Shown: positions 50,201 to 64,000 of the stretch, piece by piece
Layout: each line of letters begins with the position of its first letter
How positions within the stretch are numbered: position 1 is the stretch's first letter
NCBI GenBank assembly: GCA_965202585.1
Contig: OZ241830.1
Coordinates: 70,804,001-70,868,000 of the forward strand
Direction of reading: 5' to 3'
From: Thalia democratica
Lineage: Eukaryota
Length of the DNA stretch: 64,000 nucleotides
Notes under the pieces: model-generated
The model's database searches: none
What the model was told of the DNA's origin: nothing
Seen by the model: only the letters and a program-made list of their open reading frames with translations
Position numbers and translations under genes: made by a program

Positions 50201-53200
50201 TAGATTGTTTAAATTTGTGCAAAACTTAGTATTTATTGCTAGGGTTACCAGTAATACTAGTTGAATATTCAGTAACAAAGTTAAGGTTTTTTGGATATTT
50301 ACAATAAATCTTGATATTTTGTCTTAAAGTTTTAGATTTTCTATTTATTAATTGTTGAGTCCTTTTGTTACTAATAAATTTTTTGAGTTCTCATACTTGA
50401 ATAACATTAAGCTTTAGATGTTAATTAAGTTTTGCACAAATTCATATTAGCTATTCATAGAGTTGTATCCTTGGTTTATAAACATATATTTGCTTTGTTG
50501 GGCTTCATTCTCCTAACACTACTAGGCTATCTTAAATTAAGAGAAAACTTAAATAAGACTCAAAAATAAATAAAATCACTTAAAAGTAGCAACATTTGTG
50601 CTAAGCTTTATATGCTTGTATAAAGAAGTTTTGTATTCATGAATGAAGCCCAAAGAGACAGCAAGCTAATCTAAGTGTAGAAGTTTATTTACAACAAAAA
50701 ATTAAGTTGGTTAGTTCTGATTGTATTAATGTAGTTTATATATCTGTAAATTAATGATTTGTAATAAGAGTTACTTAAAGTGTGCATAAAAGATAAGTAG
50801 GAAGAGTAGTTATAAAACCAAATTGTTATTAGTTTCAAAACTGTTTTAATTGTTATAAAGTTTTAATTTTTTATTCATTTTTTTACAAAAGAAAACAGTT
50901 AAACCATATCAGGATTAGGTTTGCTAGTAAACAAAATGTTCCAAAATTTTAAGTTCACACTCATATATTTACAAAGCAATTCACAGCAAGCAAAATTTAA
51001 AAGTTGTTAGTGTATATTTGTATGAGGTTTATTCTCACCTTTTTTTTTAATTTTTCTCTTCTTCTATCACTAACTTCTTTCTGTTCTTTTATCTATCAAC
51101 AATTTCTTTTGTTCATATGTTTGCACTAATAAGCATTTATCAACAAATTGCTGTATTGTTTTTATGTATATGACAAATGTAAAGACTCAATTTTGGTAAT
51201 AGTATAAATATACAGCCATAAAGATTTCAAATGATGCAAGTATTGGACAAGCTTTGAAATGAACTACAGGCTAATAAACATATGTTATTGACACAAAGTA
51301 GTATGGTTTAACTGTTTTGGTTTGTAACAATGAATTAAAATGATAAGTTCAAAACATCAAGCACCTTTAATTTGTATGCACACTTTAAGAAACACACAAT
51401 AAGTTGTCTGAGATCAGTGATTAAACAAAGCAATTAAGTAAGCATTCAAAGTCTATTAGTGAATATATAAAGTAAATTAAAGTATACTAGTTGATAAGTA
51501 GTGATGGTAGTAACAGCGCAAACCTTTGTATTTATTAGATTGCTAAATAATTACTTTACAATGAGACCAATTTAACTATCATGGATAAACTTTAGCTTGA
51601 TAAGTTACATGACGAGTAAAGTGATATTCTTTAGTAGGAACAGTATAAAACTGAAGTTACCAAGAATATAAACAATTTTTTACAATTTTAAAGTTTTATT
51701 TGACAAAAATATAGTTACTACTTGAATCAAAGTAATTTTAAGTGTTTAGATGAATCTCAAGTGGCTTTTTATTTTTGATTAATTTAAGTTTTATACTGTT
51801 TTTAAAAGGTTATCTAAATAAAATCAGTTTACATAAGCAAGTTAACTGACTATTGTTTAAATATATACATAGAATACAGTTCAATCATATAAATAGATTT
51901 GTCAATGTACACATTTAAAAGGTCTGTAGTTTCTTTCTTTTTTTATTTGCTTTATTTTCTGTAATTAAAAAGTACACCTATCTATGAGGTTGATGAACTG
52001 TTTTCCATGTATATGTAAAACATTGGGTACTTAACCAGGATGATGTAGTATCTGAAACTATATTCATTTATTTTTGGGTTTTAACCCTAACTTAAACATG
52101 TAATTTTAACAAAATAAAGGCATCTATAAAGTACGCCTTCTAAGAATTACGCACTCGCATAAGGTACGCACTAGTTTTTTAGTAACACTTTCTCTGTTGT
52201 AAGTAAAGGTTTTTTTAAGTACTATGCACCCGCATAAGGTACGCATTAAATTTTAATAACACATTATTTGCATTAATTAAACAGGCTTCTAAAAAAAGGT
52301 ACGCACTAAATTTTTCAGGCCCCCCACCCATATTTTCAAAAATGGGGAATTCCCCAAACCGAAAATTGATGGGAAATTTTTGATGAAGATTATTTAAAAT
52401 ATTTTTTTAAGGCATTTCGCCGGCTCCGCCGGCGAAAAATTTTTCACATTTTTCCTTTTCTCTTTTTCTTCACGGCCTTTTTTCTTGAAGGCCACCTTTT
52501 TCTGTCAAATGGACCGTGAGTAGCGTAACTGTCAAACAAATATGCGTTGTATTTGTACGGTCTTTATCTGTTATCTTTTACTAACCTTGAGCTTATATGA
52601 TCTAACTTATTTGTGTTTAACCATTAAAGGCCTGACGGTAATATCAGTTATAGTTTTTCAATTATGACTGAGTGGTTTTATGTTTATGAGTTTGAAAGTT
52701 AAGTTTAAGGTAGCGGACAAGAATTAAAAAAAAAACAAAGGGCTACGGCCGGTCGATGACACGGTGCTCCGCACCTGTCATCTCCCCGGCCTGCCCTTAG
52801 TTTTTTTTTAATTCTTGTCCTTTAGGCCCGGTTACTATGCTGGTCGGCACCTTTTTGAGTTATGACTTGGATGTACGAGTTAATGTGCTAGTACTTCTAA
52901 ATCATAACTTAATTTAAAGTGCTAGTACTTCTAAGTCATGACTGAATTTGATGTGCTCGTAGGTTCAAGTCATAACTAGTAATAATTTTAACACATTTGA
53001 CCCACATAATTGTATGTAGAAGATTTAATTCATTCAGTTAGATGCTAATCTTTTTTTTTATATACCTTTCCATAATCAAGTATTTTACTCTTTAAGTTGT
53101 ATGAAAGATAACAGATCTAAATTACTCATGAGCAACTTGTTTTTAATTTATGCTACTTCTACATAAAACATTTTATTCTTAATTTGTCCACATAAAGTTA

Positions 53201-56200
53201 GGGAATTCAAAAGTCCATTTGCATCAATTATACTGACTTTTCTTTTTCTGCTATTTTTCCACATTAAATCCTAAAAAATTTTTATTTTACCATATTGTTG
53301 CGTCATAATGAAGTAGTCTCTCTTTTTTTTTATAATTTATTAGGTTTATGATACTTATGTTAAGTACATGCAAGTTATATTTATAAACTATCTTTTGAAG
53401 CAAATAACTTTCTAATAATGAAAGAATAACATCCATTATATTAAGCTTTACTAGGTTTTTTTTAAACAGTTATGAGTTAATGTTAATGTGCTAGTACTTC
53501 TAAGTCATAACTAAAGTTTATTTTCACTAGAAGCTATTAAATAGAACAGACTAATTTCACTCTTTAGTTGTATGAAAGATAACAGATATAAGTTACTCAT
53601 GAGCCACTTGTTTAAATACTTCTACTAAATATTTACGTCTTAACTTGTCCACATGAAATTAGGTAAATTTACAAATCTACACTTTACTATGTTCTTGCGT
53701 CATAATCCGGTAGTCTCATTGATTATAAGTTTATTAACAATTATGTATAATATTTATCATGTAAGTATATGCAAGTTATCTTAAAAAACTATCTTTTGCA
53801 AGTAGTTAAAATTGCTTAAGTAGCAATGGTAAACGTTAACACAAAATTTTCTATATAAAAATTATTTACTTATAACAAGTAACAGCTTAATTATATGTGT
53901 GTATGTACTACTTGTTACTGCATATTTTTATAAAGATTATACTTAATCTAGACAGAACCTTATAGTTTAATATGCAAAGTATATAAAAACATATTAAGTA
54001 CACTAATAAATAGATTATATCTGTGCCAAACTATTAAGTCATAAAAGGTTAACAATATTCCAACTGAAATGTTTAAATCTCTAAGTTGCAACTTTACATA
54101 TTAAATTCAAACAAACTAATTGTTTTTTTCTAGTACATATATGATTTTTAAGTTTTTTACGATTGCTATGTCCAGCAGTTAGTTAATTCCATTTAGTTTT
54201 CTATTTTAGGTAATTTTCTTGTTTTGATAAAAATATTATAAATTTAATTTTATCAAAACTATTTTACATACTAACTATAGACCTTAACGTATTACCAATA
54301 AATATTTCAGGTTTTAGTCATACTTGATTTTTTATTTATATGTATTTGTTTTTAATTTGATAACTAAACCGTTCATTTCGTAAAAATATTTACTATTGCC
54401 TAATTACTATTGTTAAACAAATACAGTTTATGTTTACGTTTTCTGTAGCTACGTTAATTGTATTTAGTATATACAATCAGTGGTTACTTTCTTAATTATT
54501 GAGTCTTTAAACAAACATATTTTGTTTAGCAATTTAAAGTGTTTTTTTATGTGGAAAGTAATCACTAATGTTCTTTTATTTTTGATATATTTAAACTTGT
54601 TAGTGAACTTATTTGTTTTTTATACTTAGCACTCTCAGGTTAGTCCTCGGTTGAATTAAAAATGTCACATTTCATGTCGGCATACTGCATTATTTTTGTT
54701 ATATTTTTGTTTTTTGATGGTCAAAAATAAAGTTAATGTTTCGTATACTTTATTCATTCAAAGTCATGACCCTTTCAGTCAAACTACTTTCTTAACTAAT
54801 TCAATAAACAAAGTCATATTCCAGATTAAGCTCGATTTTTAGACATTAAATCAAATAGGGTTGATTCTTATACACTTTGATTAGTTTAAATATGTTAAAG
54901 TAGCTACGATTCTAATTTTATGATCAAATTTTTATCCAGCTCTTAGTTCCGAGGTTTCACAAACTAATTTTTTAAATGTCCCTTAGGTACAAGTAACAAA
55001 AACTCCTTACTGTTGATAACACATTTACTTTTTCGCTTCCTCACTTTTATTATTTATTGTTGCCCCTATAAAGAGCGATGTTGTCTATTTTTTGGAACCT
55101 AGAATCCTGGAAAACCCCAGAACTTCGAACCAAAATTAATAAAAACGTTAATTTTTATTTTATGTAAAGTAACGAATTTTTGTACCACCAAAATACAACT
55201 TCATTTTATAACACACTAAGAGTACCTTTACTATTAAAATGCTATTAAAGACAATTTTATTTTACTTATATTTAACTTTAAAGGACCAACTAAAAATGGA
55301 CCAAAAAGCTTGTTTTTTAAAACTTAAAAGAAATTTACAATCATCATTTAGTATTTTCACAATTAAGATTGTTAATTAAATGTACACTATTGCCAATCTC
55401 TTCATAGCATTTCTTACTGCTAAGCTCTTAGTATTTTTTTTGTCATCCATAAAAGATTCATTAGACAACCTTCTCTTAATATTTTCAAAATATGCTAATC
55501 TTCGATCTACAGTCAGTCATTAGTGTTTTGTTATTAACTATTATGTTGTTGTGCTTGCTTTTATGAACATTTAAACCTTGTGTCTCAAACAATACTTGTT
55601 TAAAGTTCATTCTAGTTTCAAGATTTGTATAAGTCTTCTCAGTTTTGTATGCTTTTAATATGCGTATGTTTAATTATTTTCTTTAATAAAAATAAGATAT
55701 AAGTTTCGTTCTTGTTTGGCATTTATATGTTTAAAAACAGTAAAGAAACCTTGTTTTATCTATGTAAAATTTTTAGGGTATCTAAAAAATGTAAGTTACG
55801 CATTTAAAGTAAGATACACCTCTGGGCTTTATGTATTTCAGTACGATCACAGGTTTTGTTTTAGCTATCAAATTAATCAGTTGATTCATTAGTTCACTAT
55901 TCAATCATTTTGTTTTTCTACATAAACTTGTTTTTTTGAAACTATTACAGTAATACAGTTCAAAAATACAAACTTTGGTATGTGTAGATTTTTAAAATTA
56001 ACTAATTTTCAAAATAGAATCAGCTTGTAGTATTTTATCATTGTTGCGCTGGTTTGTATGATTATTTTCAATTTTATTTCTTGAAAAATATTCGTACAAC
56101 TTAAATTTTCACACTATAACTACAGTCCGAAAATACTTTTAGAGTTTTTCAGTCTAGTTTTACGGTTTGTATAAGTCTCCTTAGTTTTTATTTTGCTTTT

Positions 56201-59200
56201 GATTATGAACTGACTATTCTATATTTGAAGGTCTATTTATAAAAAATTCTAATTGTTGTGCTTGTTTGGCGTTTCTATATATAAAATTAATGAAGACATC
56301 TTATTTTGTCTATGTGAAAATATGATAGGATATCTTAAAACTGTAAAGTACGCATTTCAATTAAGGTACACCTCTGGGCCTTATGTAATTCTGCCTTATG
56401 TTATCTTAATTTTGTTACATCCATCTATTTATTTATATGTTAAATCTTACCAACTGAAATTAAGTTTAAATGAAAAAATATATACTAATTCAACTAAATT
56501 TTATGCATCACAGTTTTAGTAAAAATATGAGTTCAGGACTCAAAAAATGCCTCAAAGTTTTATAATATTGACAAATATGTTTATATCGTTCTGTTAGCTT
56601 CTCGACTGTTAATAAGTCTTCTGTTTATCACTAATATGAAATACAATAGAATTAAGTAAATGTTATCATTTATAAATGTCTGTATGTATTCCCTATGTAA
56701 TCATTTACGTCAGCATTCATGGTAAGCAAGGTAATTTACTATAATTAGAAACTTTATGTGGACGTTTTCCGTTAAATAAGTATTGGTTTAAAAACTAACT
56801 AAGCTCTGGGATAAATTGAAACATAGTGTTAACTAATGATTTGTTTTACAAGAGTTCAAGAAAGTTGAAACTGGATTCATTGTCATAATTTAAGTTTTGT
56901 TTAATTGTTTTCTTCTAATGGCTGTTTAAAAATTTTTTCTATGGTTTCTCTTAAAGTAATTCTATTGTTTACATATATGTCTAGTTCGTAACTATATTTT
57001 AGTTTTGTTGTTTCGTAATTGTGTATGTAGAACAAAGTTAAGTAAAGACTAATTTCACTCTGACGTGGTTTTAAAGAGACGTACAAGTTACTCATATTTT
57101 TTTTCTAGTTTTTTGCAACCGGTATCTAAGCCACAAAATATTTAAGTTGTTCACTGTAGTCGTTATTATCAAGCATAATGTATCGTTGGAAACTTTAATT
57201 GTTACTTAAATAGACACTGAGCTAAACTTTTCCATATAGCTATTTTGCTCTCCTTCATAAAAATGTATATTTACACCTTAATTTGTACTCATAAAACGTG
57301 GCTATTTTCAAAAATCTAACAAACAAATTACTGTCTTTTTCATGAAATTTTGGTATTTTTATTTATTCATGATTATTACGTCATCATTTTGGGTAGTGTC
57401 ATTTAGTATTAATTAGAATTTTAAGTTACCACAAGTTATGGACACATAGTAAATATCAGATATTGTTTAGTGTTAAAATGTTTTGTACTTTGTTAGCGAA
57501 GTCTATAAGTATCATACAATATCATATAACATAACAATAGCATATAATATAATAGCATATAACATAACAAAAACATATAAGTTTTTGTTAGCGAAGTATC
57601 ATATAATGCAGGCATTACTAACATATGCATAATAAATAATGAATAACATGTTTTTTTAACACTTTTTTTTTAATTTAATTTTTTTAATAAAATTCTTGTA
57701 TTAAAACATATATGGTAATCAACTAGTAATATTTTATTGCCTGATCTCGTTTGATTTAGTTCAAACAAGTGAAACATTGTTTTGTTAATAAAATTAAGAC
57801 ATTTGAATTGATTATTCTTCATATCATTTAGTCAAAAACTTTCATTGTGTTCTATAAAGTAAAATGGCACAATACTTTATTGATACTAATAACTACTTTT
57901 TATGTTTATCGTAAAATTTAGATCATTCAGGGTTGCCAAAAAACCTGGAACTTGTGAAAACCTTGAATTTTAAACAACTTTTACATGTTAAGTAGTAAAA
58001 TCTTGGTTTGACGCGAATAATCTATCAAATGTATAAATACTTTTTGTCATTATAATTTTTTTATTAAAAAATACATTTAAAGTAGCTTCACAGTAATGTT
58101 GTTATACTGTTCAACACAGTTTTTTTACCTTAAACTTAACTTTTAATTGAATATAGACCAATGAACGTGTAATTTGAAAAACCTAGAAGAAATCCTGTGG
58201 CAACCCTGATCATAAGTCTTGATTTATTTAAATTAGTTTCGAAATTAAACAAACACTGTTGTTTTTTTTGCTACTATTTTAATTTCATAAAGCAGTGTTT
58301 CTTAATTAAAAAGGTTTTATTAATGTAATGTGGTACATTCGTAATTAAATATACTTATTCTCGACGAGATTAAAATCATATCTAGTTTCCTATGTTTTGT
58401 TGGTAGTACACTTTTTTGTTCGTAGTACTGTAACATTAAGAAAATTCTTGTTTAAATTTCTTGTATATTATTCTCAGTTTAAAATTACTCTTAAATCAAT
58501 CTAATATATACATCTATATTTTTTCTTACATTCTTCTATCATTTTCAAAGTATACTGATTTTAAAATATAAATATAAACTTAGTATTTGTCACTAATTAT
58601 CAACTTGTTGCGCTGGTTTATATGATTATTTCCAATATTACTCTTTAAACAACATTTATTTAACTTAAATATAATAATTACTATTACTAATAAATATAAT
58701 TTGTTGTTTTGCTATGTTTTTTGTTTCCTAATTTAGTTCTATTTCTTGCCCAATGTTAAGTAAAAACAGAATATAATTATATATACTTATTTTTAAAATG
58801 TGTTTTGTATGCTTTGAAAATCTTATAGGTCGTTAAAGGTAGGATAATTATTGATTTATAAGTGAATAAAACTCTTGGGTTGTAATATATGTTTCACTCT
58901 TAGCGACATTAAAGTGTATCAATTTTTAGATATCTTTATGTTTTCTTATGACTGTCAAGTTGTTAAAAGTTTTGTTAAACCTGAACTTTGAGCGTTTGTT
59001 ATTGAGAGTTAATGCTGTTTCGTATTTAGTTCTACTAGCAGCCCAAAACTAAGCATAATTTTTTTTTAACATATAGGTTTAAACTAAAAGTAAAGCTTAA
59101 TGTTTTATAGTATATATCCATGGTGTTGTACTATGAATGATGTAGTTTTATAGTAGACAACCTTGGTATTATTCTATAAGTTACACAACAGTTTTGCATT

Positions 59201-60206
59201 GTAGTTTAGTTTATCAGTATTTATTCTAATTCAAATAGTTAAACTATTTTATGGTATTTATTTTTTTATTTAATTAGTATTTATGGTACTAAGTCTCATA
59301 AGTATCAAATAAAATTTTTCTTTAGTATTTAACTATCTTGTAGACTGTTTGTTTATAAAAGTCAGTTGAAAGTTGTTCATATCACTATTTCAGTTTAATT
59401 TCAATTAGACATACTACGTGTTATTTGTTTTCCTTAAAATTTATAAACATCCACATGGATTTATTTGACAATAAAAGCAAAGTTTCAACGATTCAACAGT
59501 TTTAAATAGTTATTGTAGTTAAATTTGTTATAATTATTCATTTGTAATCGACTTTAGATACTATTTTTTTAAGTACGATAATATGTCGTATAAGTAGCAA
59601 ATGATTAGACAAAAGTTAATAACTAAAGTAACTGCTATTACAAATATATCGTCTATTTATAAAAGTTTAAGTACACCTATAATACTCCTCTTAATTGTTC
59701 TTAGTTTTCATAAGATTATGAGTCATTTTTGAGTTTTAAACTCAAACTATAGTTTTATAAGTTTTTCTATACTTAAGCTAACAATAACTTTAGCAGTAAA
59801 AAAGCGTTCTAAAATTACGGATAATCAAAAATAGATTGACTTAAGTTAATAGTTTATCAATGATAACAGAATACTTTATGAATTTGTATAATAGACTGAC
59901 CCTGTTTTCAATTTATTTCAATTCTAATTTAAAATCAATATTTTTTAATAATTATATAAGTTTTCAGTAATATAAGTGTTTAAGGTCTAATTGATATTTT
60001 TAAAAGATAAGCCTCACATTAAACTATTGAATAAATTCAATTAAATATGATGAGTATAACAAAAATAGCAAGCTATACATACAAACTATACTAAGTACTG
60101 TTTATTGTAAATTGAGGTTATTGAAACCTGTGGCAAACAACAAAAAAGTACTCTTTCAATTATTTTCGTATTTATCTAAGTACAAAGTAGTTTTATAGTC
60201 TTATAA

Positions 60207-60506
60207 CAGGGGTCAGCAGTCATATGTAACTCGCGGGCCTAGGAAAAGTTGCTAACGGACCGCACTACTTAGAAACAAACCTTTGATGGCCGCATCTATT
60301 TAAATAAAGTTCTGGTATTATTATAAAAATATTATTAAAAATCAAAAATATGATAAATTGACCAATATTAAAGCATAAATAAAGAAATAAGAGCCTAACT
60401 GTAAGTTTTTACTTCAAAATATTGTTTTTTAAAAGTATACTTTGGTTGAAAAGAAGCTCGCGGGCCGCATATTTTGACTTCGAGGGCCGCAGTTTGCCGA
60501 CCCTTC
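60207..60506. mobile_element. hAT-family MITE, duplicated copy
   Basis: Same termini and TCTTATAA TSD. Confidence 0.85.
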
Positions 60507-63500
60507 TCTTATAAAATTATCTTATAGCTTAATGGATATTAAACTTAGTATTCTCGAGTGTTTAACGTTTTAGATCACATCCTCGAAAAAAGTTATTACT
60601 ATATTGATAACTTTACCTTGTTTCATTTGTGATAGCAGTTTAGACTTATACTTATAAATTTTTACTTTAACTATTAGAACTTTAGATAACTCATACTTTC
60701 ATATGATTCAATAATACTAGCTTAGAAATACATAATTCAAAATTGTTTTTAAAAAAAGTAAAATTTAACTCAATTTAACCTTTTTAACATTTTATATAGT
60801 AGATATATTCGTTACTATCAAAAGAGCAATGGCGTAGGGGTGAGTGTCGGCGCACGCGCAACAAATAACCTGAGTTCAAGTCCGCGCAGTGGCATGTTAT
60901 TCTACATAGAGATTCACTGTTTTTTTTTTAATTGATATTCTATTAGCTGTTATAAAATGAGGTTATAAGCAATGCAATAATTTTGTTTTATTGATTTAAG
61001 ATTATGTAAATGTAAAAAAATATTGTATTTTAACAAACTATACCGAATTAAACTCGTGATTTCGGAGTATATCCAGTGTATTTACTTGCTTATTTCCTTT
61101 AGGAAATATTTACTTGCTTATTTTATGTCTTAGCTGAGCTGGCTTATACGAATGAATATAATTCAAACAAAATATTATTATCAAGCTATAAAAATTCATC
61201 TAATAGCAGTCAAACGGTCTAAATCAATATTTATTTTACCTAAAAATAGAATCTAAAGCTTAAGGTAGTAGTGAAAAAATAAGTTTTAATTTTTAAAACA
61301 AAACATGCATTTTAATATTAAGATACTTTATAAGAAATACAAAAATTTTACATAGACAACCTTTTTCATTTTATAATATTGTATACTTATTTGTCTATTA
61401 GATTAGTTTATAAAATATCCCAGCGCATGTAACTCTTTAGTTTTTAATTAAAAAACTCTGTTACAAATTTGTTTTTACTTTCAATGTTAATTTGAACATT
61501 AAACAAACATATTAGCGTGAACACATCTCTAATGTTGGATTTCTAACATTAAAATTAAAGTATAAGTAATATTTTAAAAACTGAAAGTCCTCCAATTAAT
61601 TGGACACGCTTTGTTCTGACCCTAGCACATTAATTCCAACTTTGTACTCCTTTCTCATAAGAAAATATATGTTTCAAATCAAGTTTAACCGACAAGCAGT
61701 GATGGCCCGGTGGTCAAGGCGGTGGAATGGAAATCAAGACTTTGCGTTTTCGAACCCGACATGTGCCAGTTTTTTTGTTTCTAACCTGTCAGTTCAAAAT
61801 TATTTGCAAGATGCTCTACTATGTTTATGTATAAATAGCACTTTCGAAAATTTAAAAATAATTGTTTAATGGCTAATTATAATAAACAAAATAAAAAACT
61901 AATAAAATCTAAACGTGCCTTTTAGGCTAGTTGCTTATTTTTGAAGTTTTTGTTTTATACTCTATTGTTTTTACTTTAATTTACAAGTTATATATAAACA
62001 AAGTTAAACTTTTTATGGTAGTCAGTTTTTTTTTTTCCCAAAGTAACATGTTCACTCTTTTTTCTTTTCAAAAAACTTAAATAATATATATTTCTTTAGT
62101 CAGCCTATAGTCAGAAAAAAAAATAGCGTTAAAATTTTCACGAGTTTAACAATTCCTAGTTTTCTTTTAATAATCTTTATTAATAATTAAACACCTAATT
62201 AAGCACCCTTTTGAGAAAAAATTAGAGATTTATTTTGAATTTGTAACTGTTTATCTTATTTATAACAAGACAAACTAAATAAACTAATAAAAATTGTTTT
62301 TGAAACTAATACTTTATAAATAGACAATATTTTGTTTTTGTGCGTTATTGAGTTTAATTAATACAAGTATTGCATCAAATATGTGTTTATATTTTAATTT
62401 AGAGATTTAAGACGACATTTGCTACTTTTAAAATATCTGAGATTTCTTTTTTTGTAAAATAATACCAAAATTTTTAGAGTACATACTTTCCTTGAGGAGC
62501 ACTTTAAAATTTTGTTCAACGTGCGTTTTCAAGGGGAATACTTCTCTGCATAGTAAGTTTTGTTTGATAAAATATAATTTGAACGTCTGGAAAATATCTA
62601 ACATAATTTAAGTAAATATAATAAGTAAAAAAAATAATAAAACTAGTTAAAATAAATTGAATAAATGTTATTATTCTGTACCTTAATTTAAATCAAATAA
62701 AACTAGATCAATACGTTTTTTTTTTTAAATCTAGCCAATATTTGTTTATTAAAGAAATATACTACCTACAGTTATCATAAAAAAGCTACTTTCGAATAAA
62801 TTTTTCATTGCGTTGCTGTTGACTGCCGTAAAACTCAATGAAAGCTAATTATCAGTATTAAGATCCTTCAACAGCTCAATAGTTTCCTGGTCGTATATAT
62901 TTTGTTCATCAAGTTAAAGTTATTACTTTATTGATAGCAGAATTTTATTTCATTTGTAACAGCAGTTTAGACTTATACTTTTTAGTTTTTACTTAAGCTA
63001 TTAGAACTTTAAATACATACTTTCATATGATTCAATAATGTTAGCTTACAAATACATAGTTGAAAAATATTATTGAAACTTAGAATAAAGTAAAATTTAA
63101 CTCAAGTAACTTGTTTAGTATGTTATATAGTATATATATTCGATTTACCCAAACGAGCAATGGCGTAGGGGTGAGTGTCGGCGGGCGCGCAGCGAAAAAC
63201 CTGAGTTCAAGTCCGCGCAGTGGCTTGTTTTTCTAGAAAGAGGTTCACTATTTTTTTAATTGATATTCTATTAGCTTATTAAAATTTTTTTTTATGATTT
63301 AAGATTATGTAAATGTAAACAAACATTGTAGTTTAATATACTATACCGAATTAAACCCGTTATCTCGTCTCGGAGTATATCCAGTATAATGAATTGCTTA
63401 TTTTCTTTAGGCATTTATCTTAGCTTAGCTGGCTTATACGAATGATTATAATTAAAACAAAATATTATTATCAAGCTATAAAAATTCATATAACAGCAGT

Positions 63501-64000
63501 CTAAATCAATATTTATTTTACCTAAAAACAGAATCTAAAAATCAAGGTATTAGTAAAAAGATAAGTTTTAATTTTAAAAGTAAACAACATGCATATTGAT
63601 ATTAAGATAATTTATAAAAAATACAAAAATATTACATAGATAACCTTTTTTATTTTATAATATTATATACTTATTTGTCTATTAGGTTGGTGTTTAAAAT
63701 ATCTCAGCGCATGTAACCCTTTAGTTTTTAACAAAAAACTCTGTTACAAATTTGTTTTTACTTTCAATGTTAATTTGAACATTAAACAAACATATTAGCG
63801 TGAACACATCTCTAATGTTGGATTTCTAACATTAAAATTAAAGTATAAGTAATATTTTAAAAACTGAAAGTCCTCCAATTAATTGGACACGCTTTGTTCT
63901 GACCCTAGCACATTAATTCCAACTTTGTACTCCTTTCTCATAAGAAAATATATGTTTCAAATCAAGTTTAACCGACAATCAGTGATGGCCCGGTGGTCAA

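Larger units (their letters stand above)
35196..64000. repeat. About 29-kb tandem segmental repeat, copy 2 (runs off the window)
   Basis: As for copy 1; the last bases match 32494-32514 and 34779-34800. Confidence 0.9.

Overview
AT-rich (roughly 25% GC by eye) eukaryotic nuclear DNA, most likely from an invertebrate. The TE mix (CR1, Penelope, hAT, Kolobok) would fit a cnidarian such as Hydra, but the species cannot be fixed from this window. The window is dominated by a head-to-tail repeat of about 29 kb (copy 1 about 6960-34900; copy 2 about 35196 to beyond 64000), broken by two 100-N gaps near the same locus of the unit. Each unit carries GC-rich coding islands, all on the minus strand: (1) an intronless exon for a secreted trypsin-family (S1A) protease plus the start of a catalytically dead second protease domain, (2) a separate frameshifted exon for a dead-domain C-terminus, and (3) one orphan internal exon of HIBADH with intact splice sites (three distinct copies). 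The AT-rich backbone holds decayed small ORFs, tRNA-like Pol III cassettes in a 2.3-kb tandem unit, hairpins and many TE insertions. An older relative of the backbone at about 1-3300 lacks the protease segment, which suggests a large cargo-carrying element. That interpretation is inference. Percent identities are estimated by eye, not computed.
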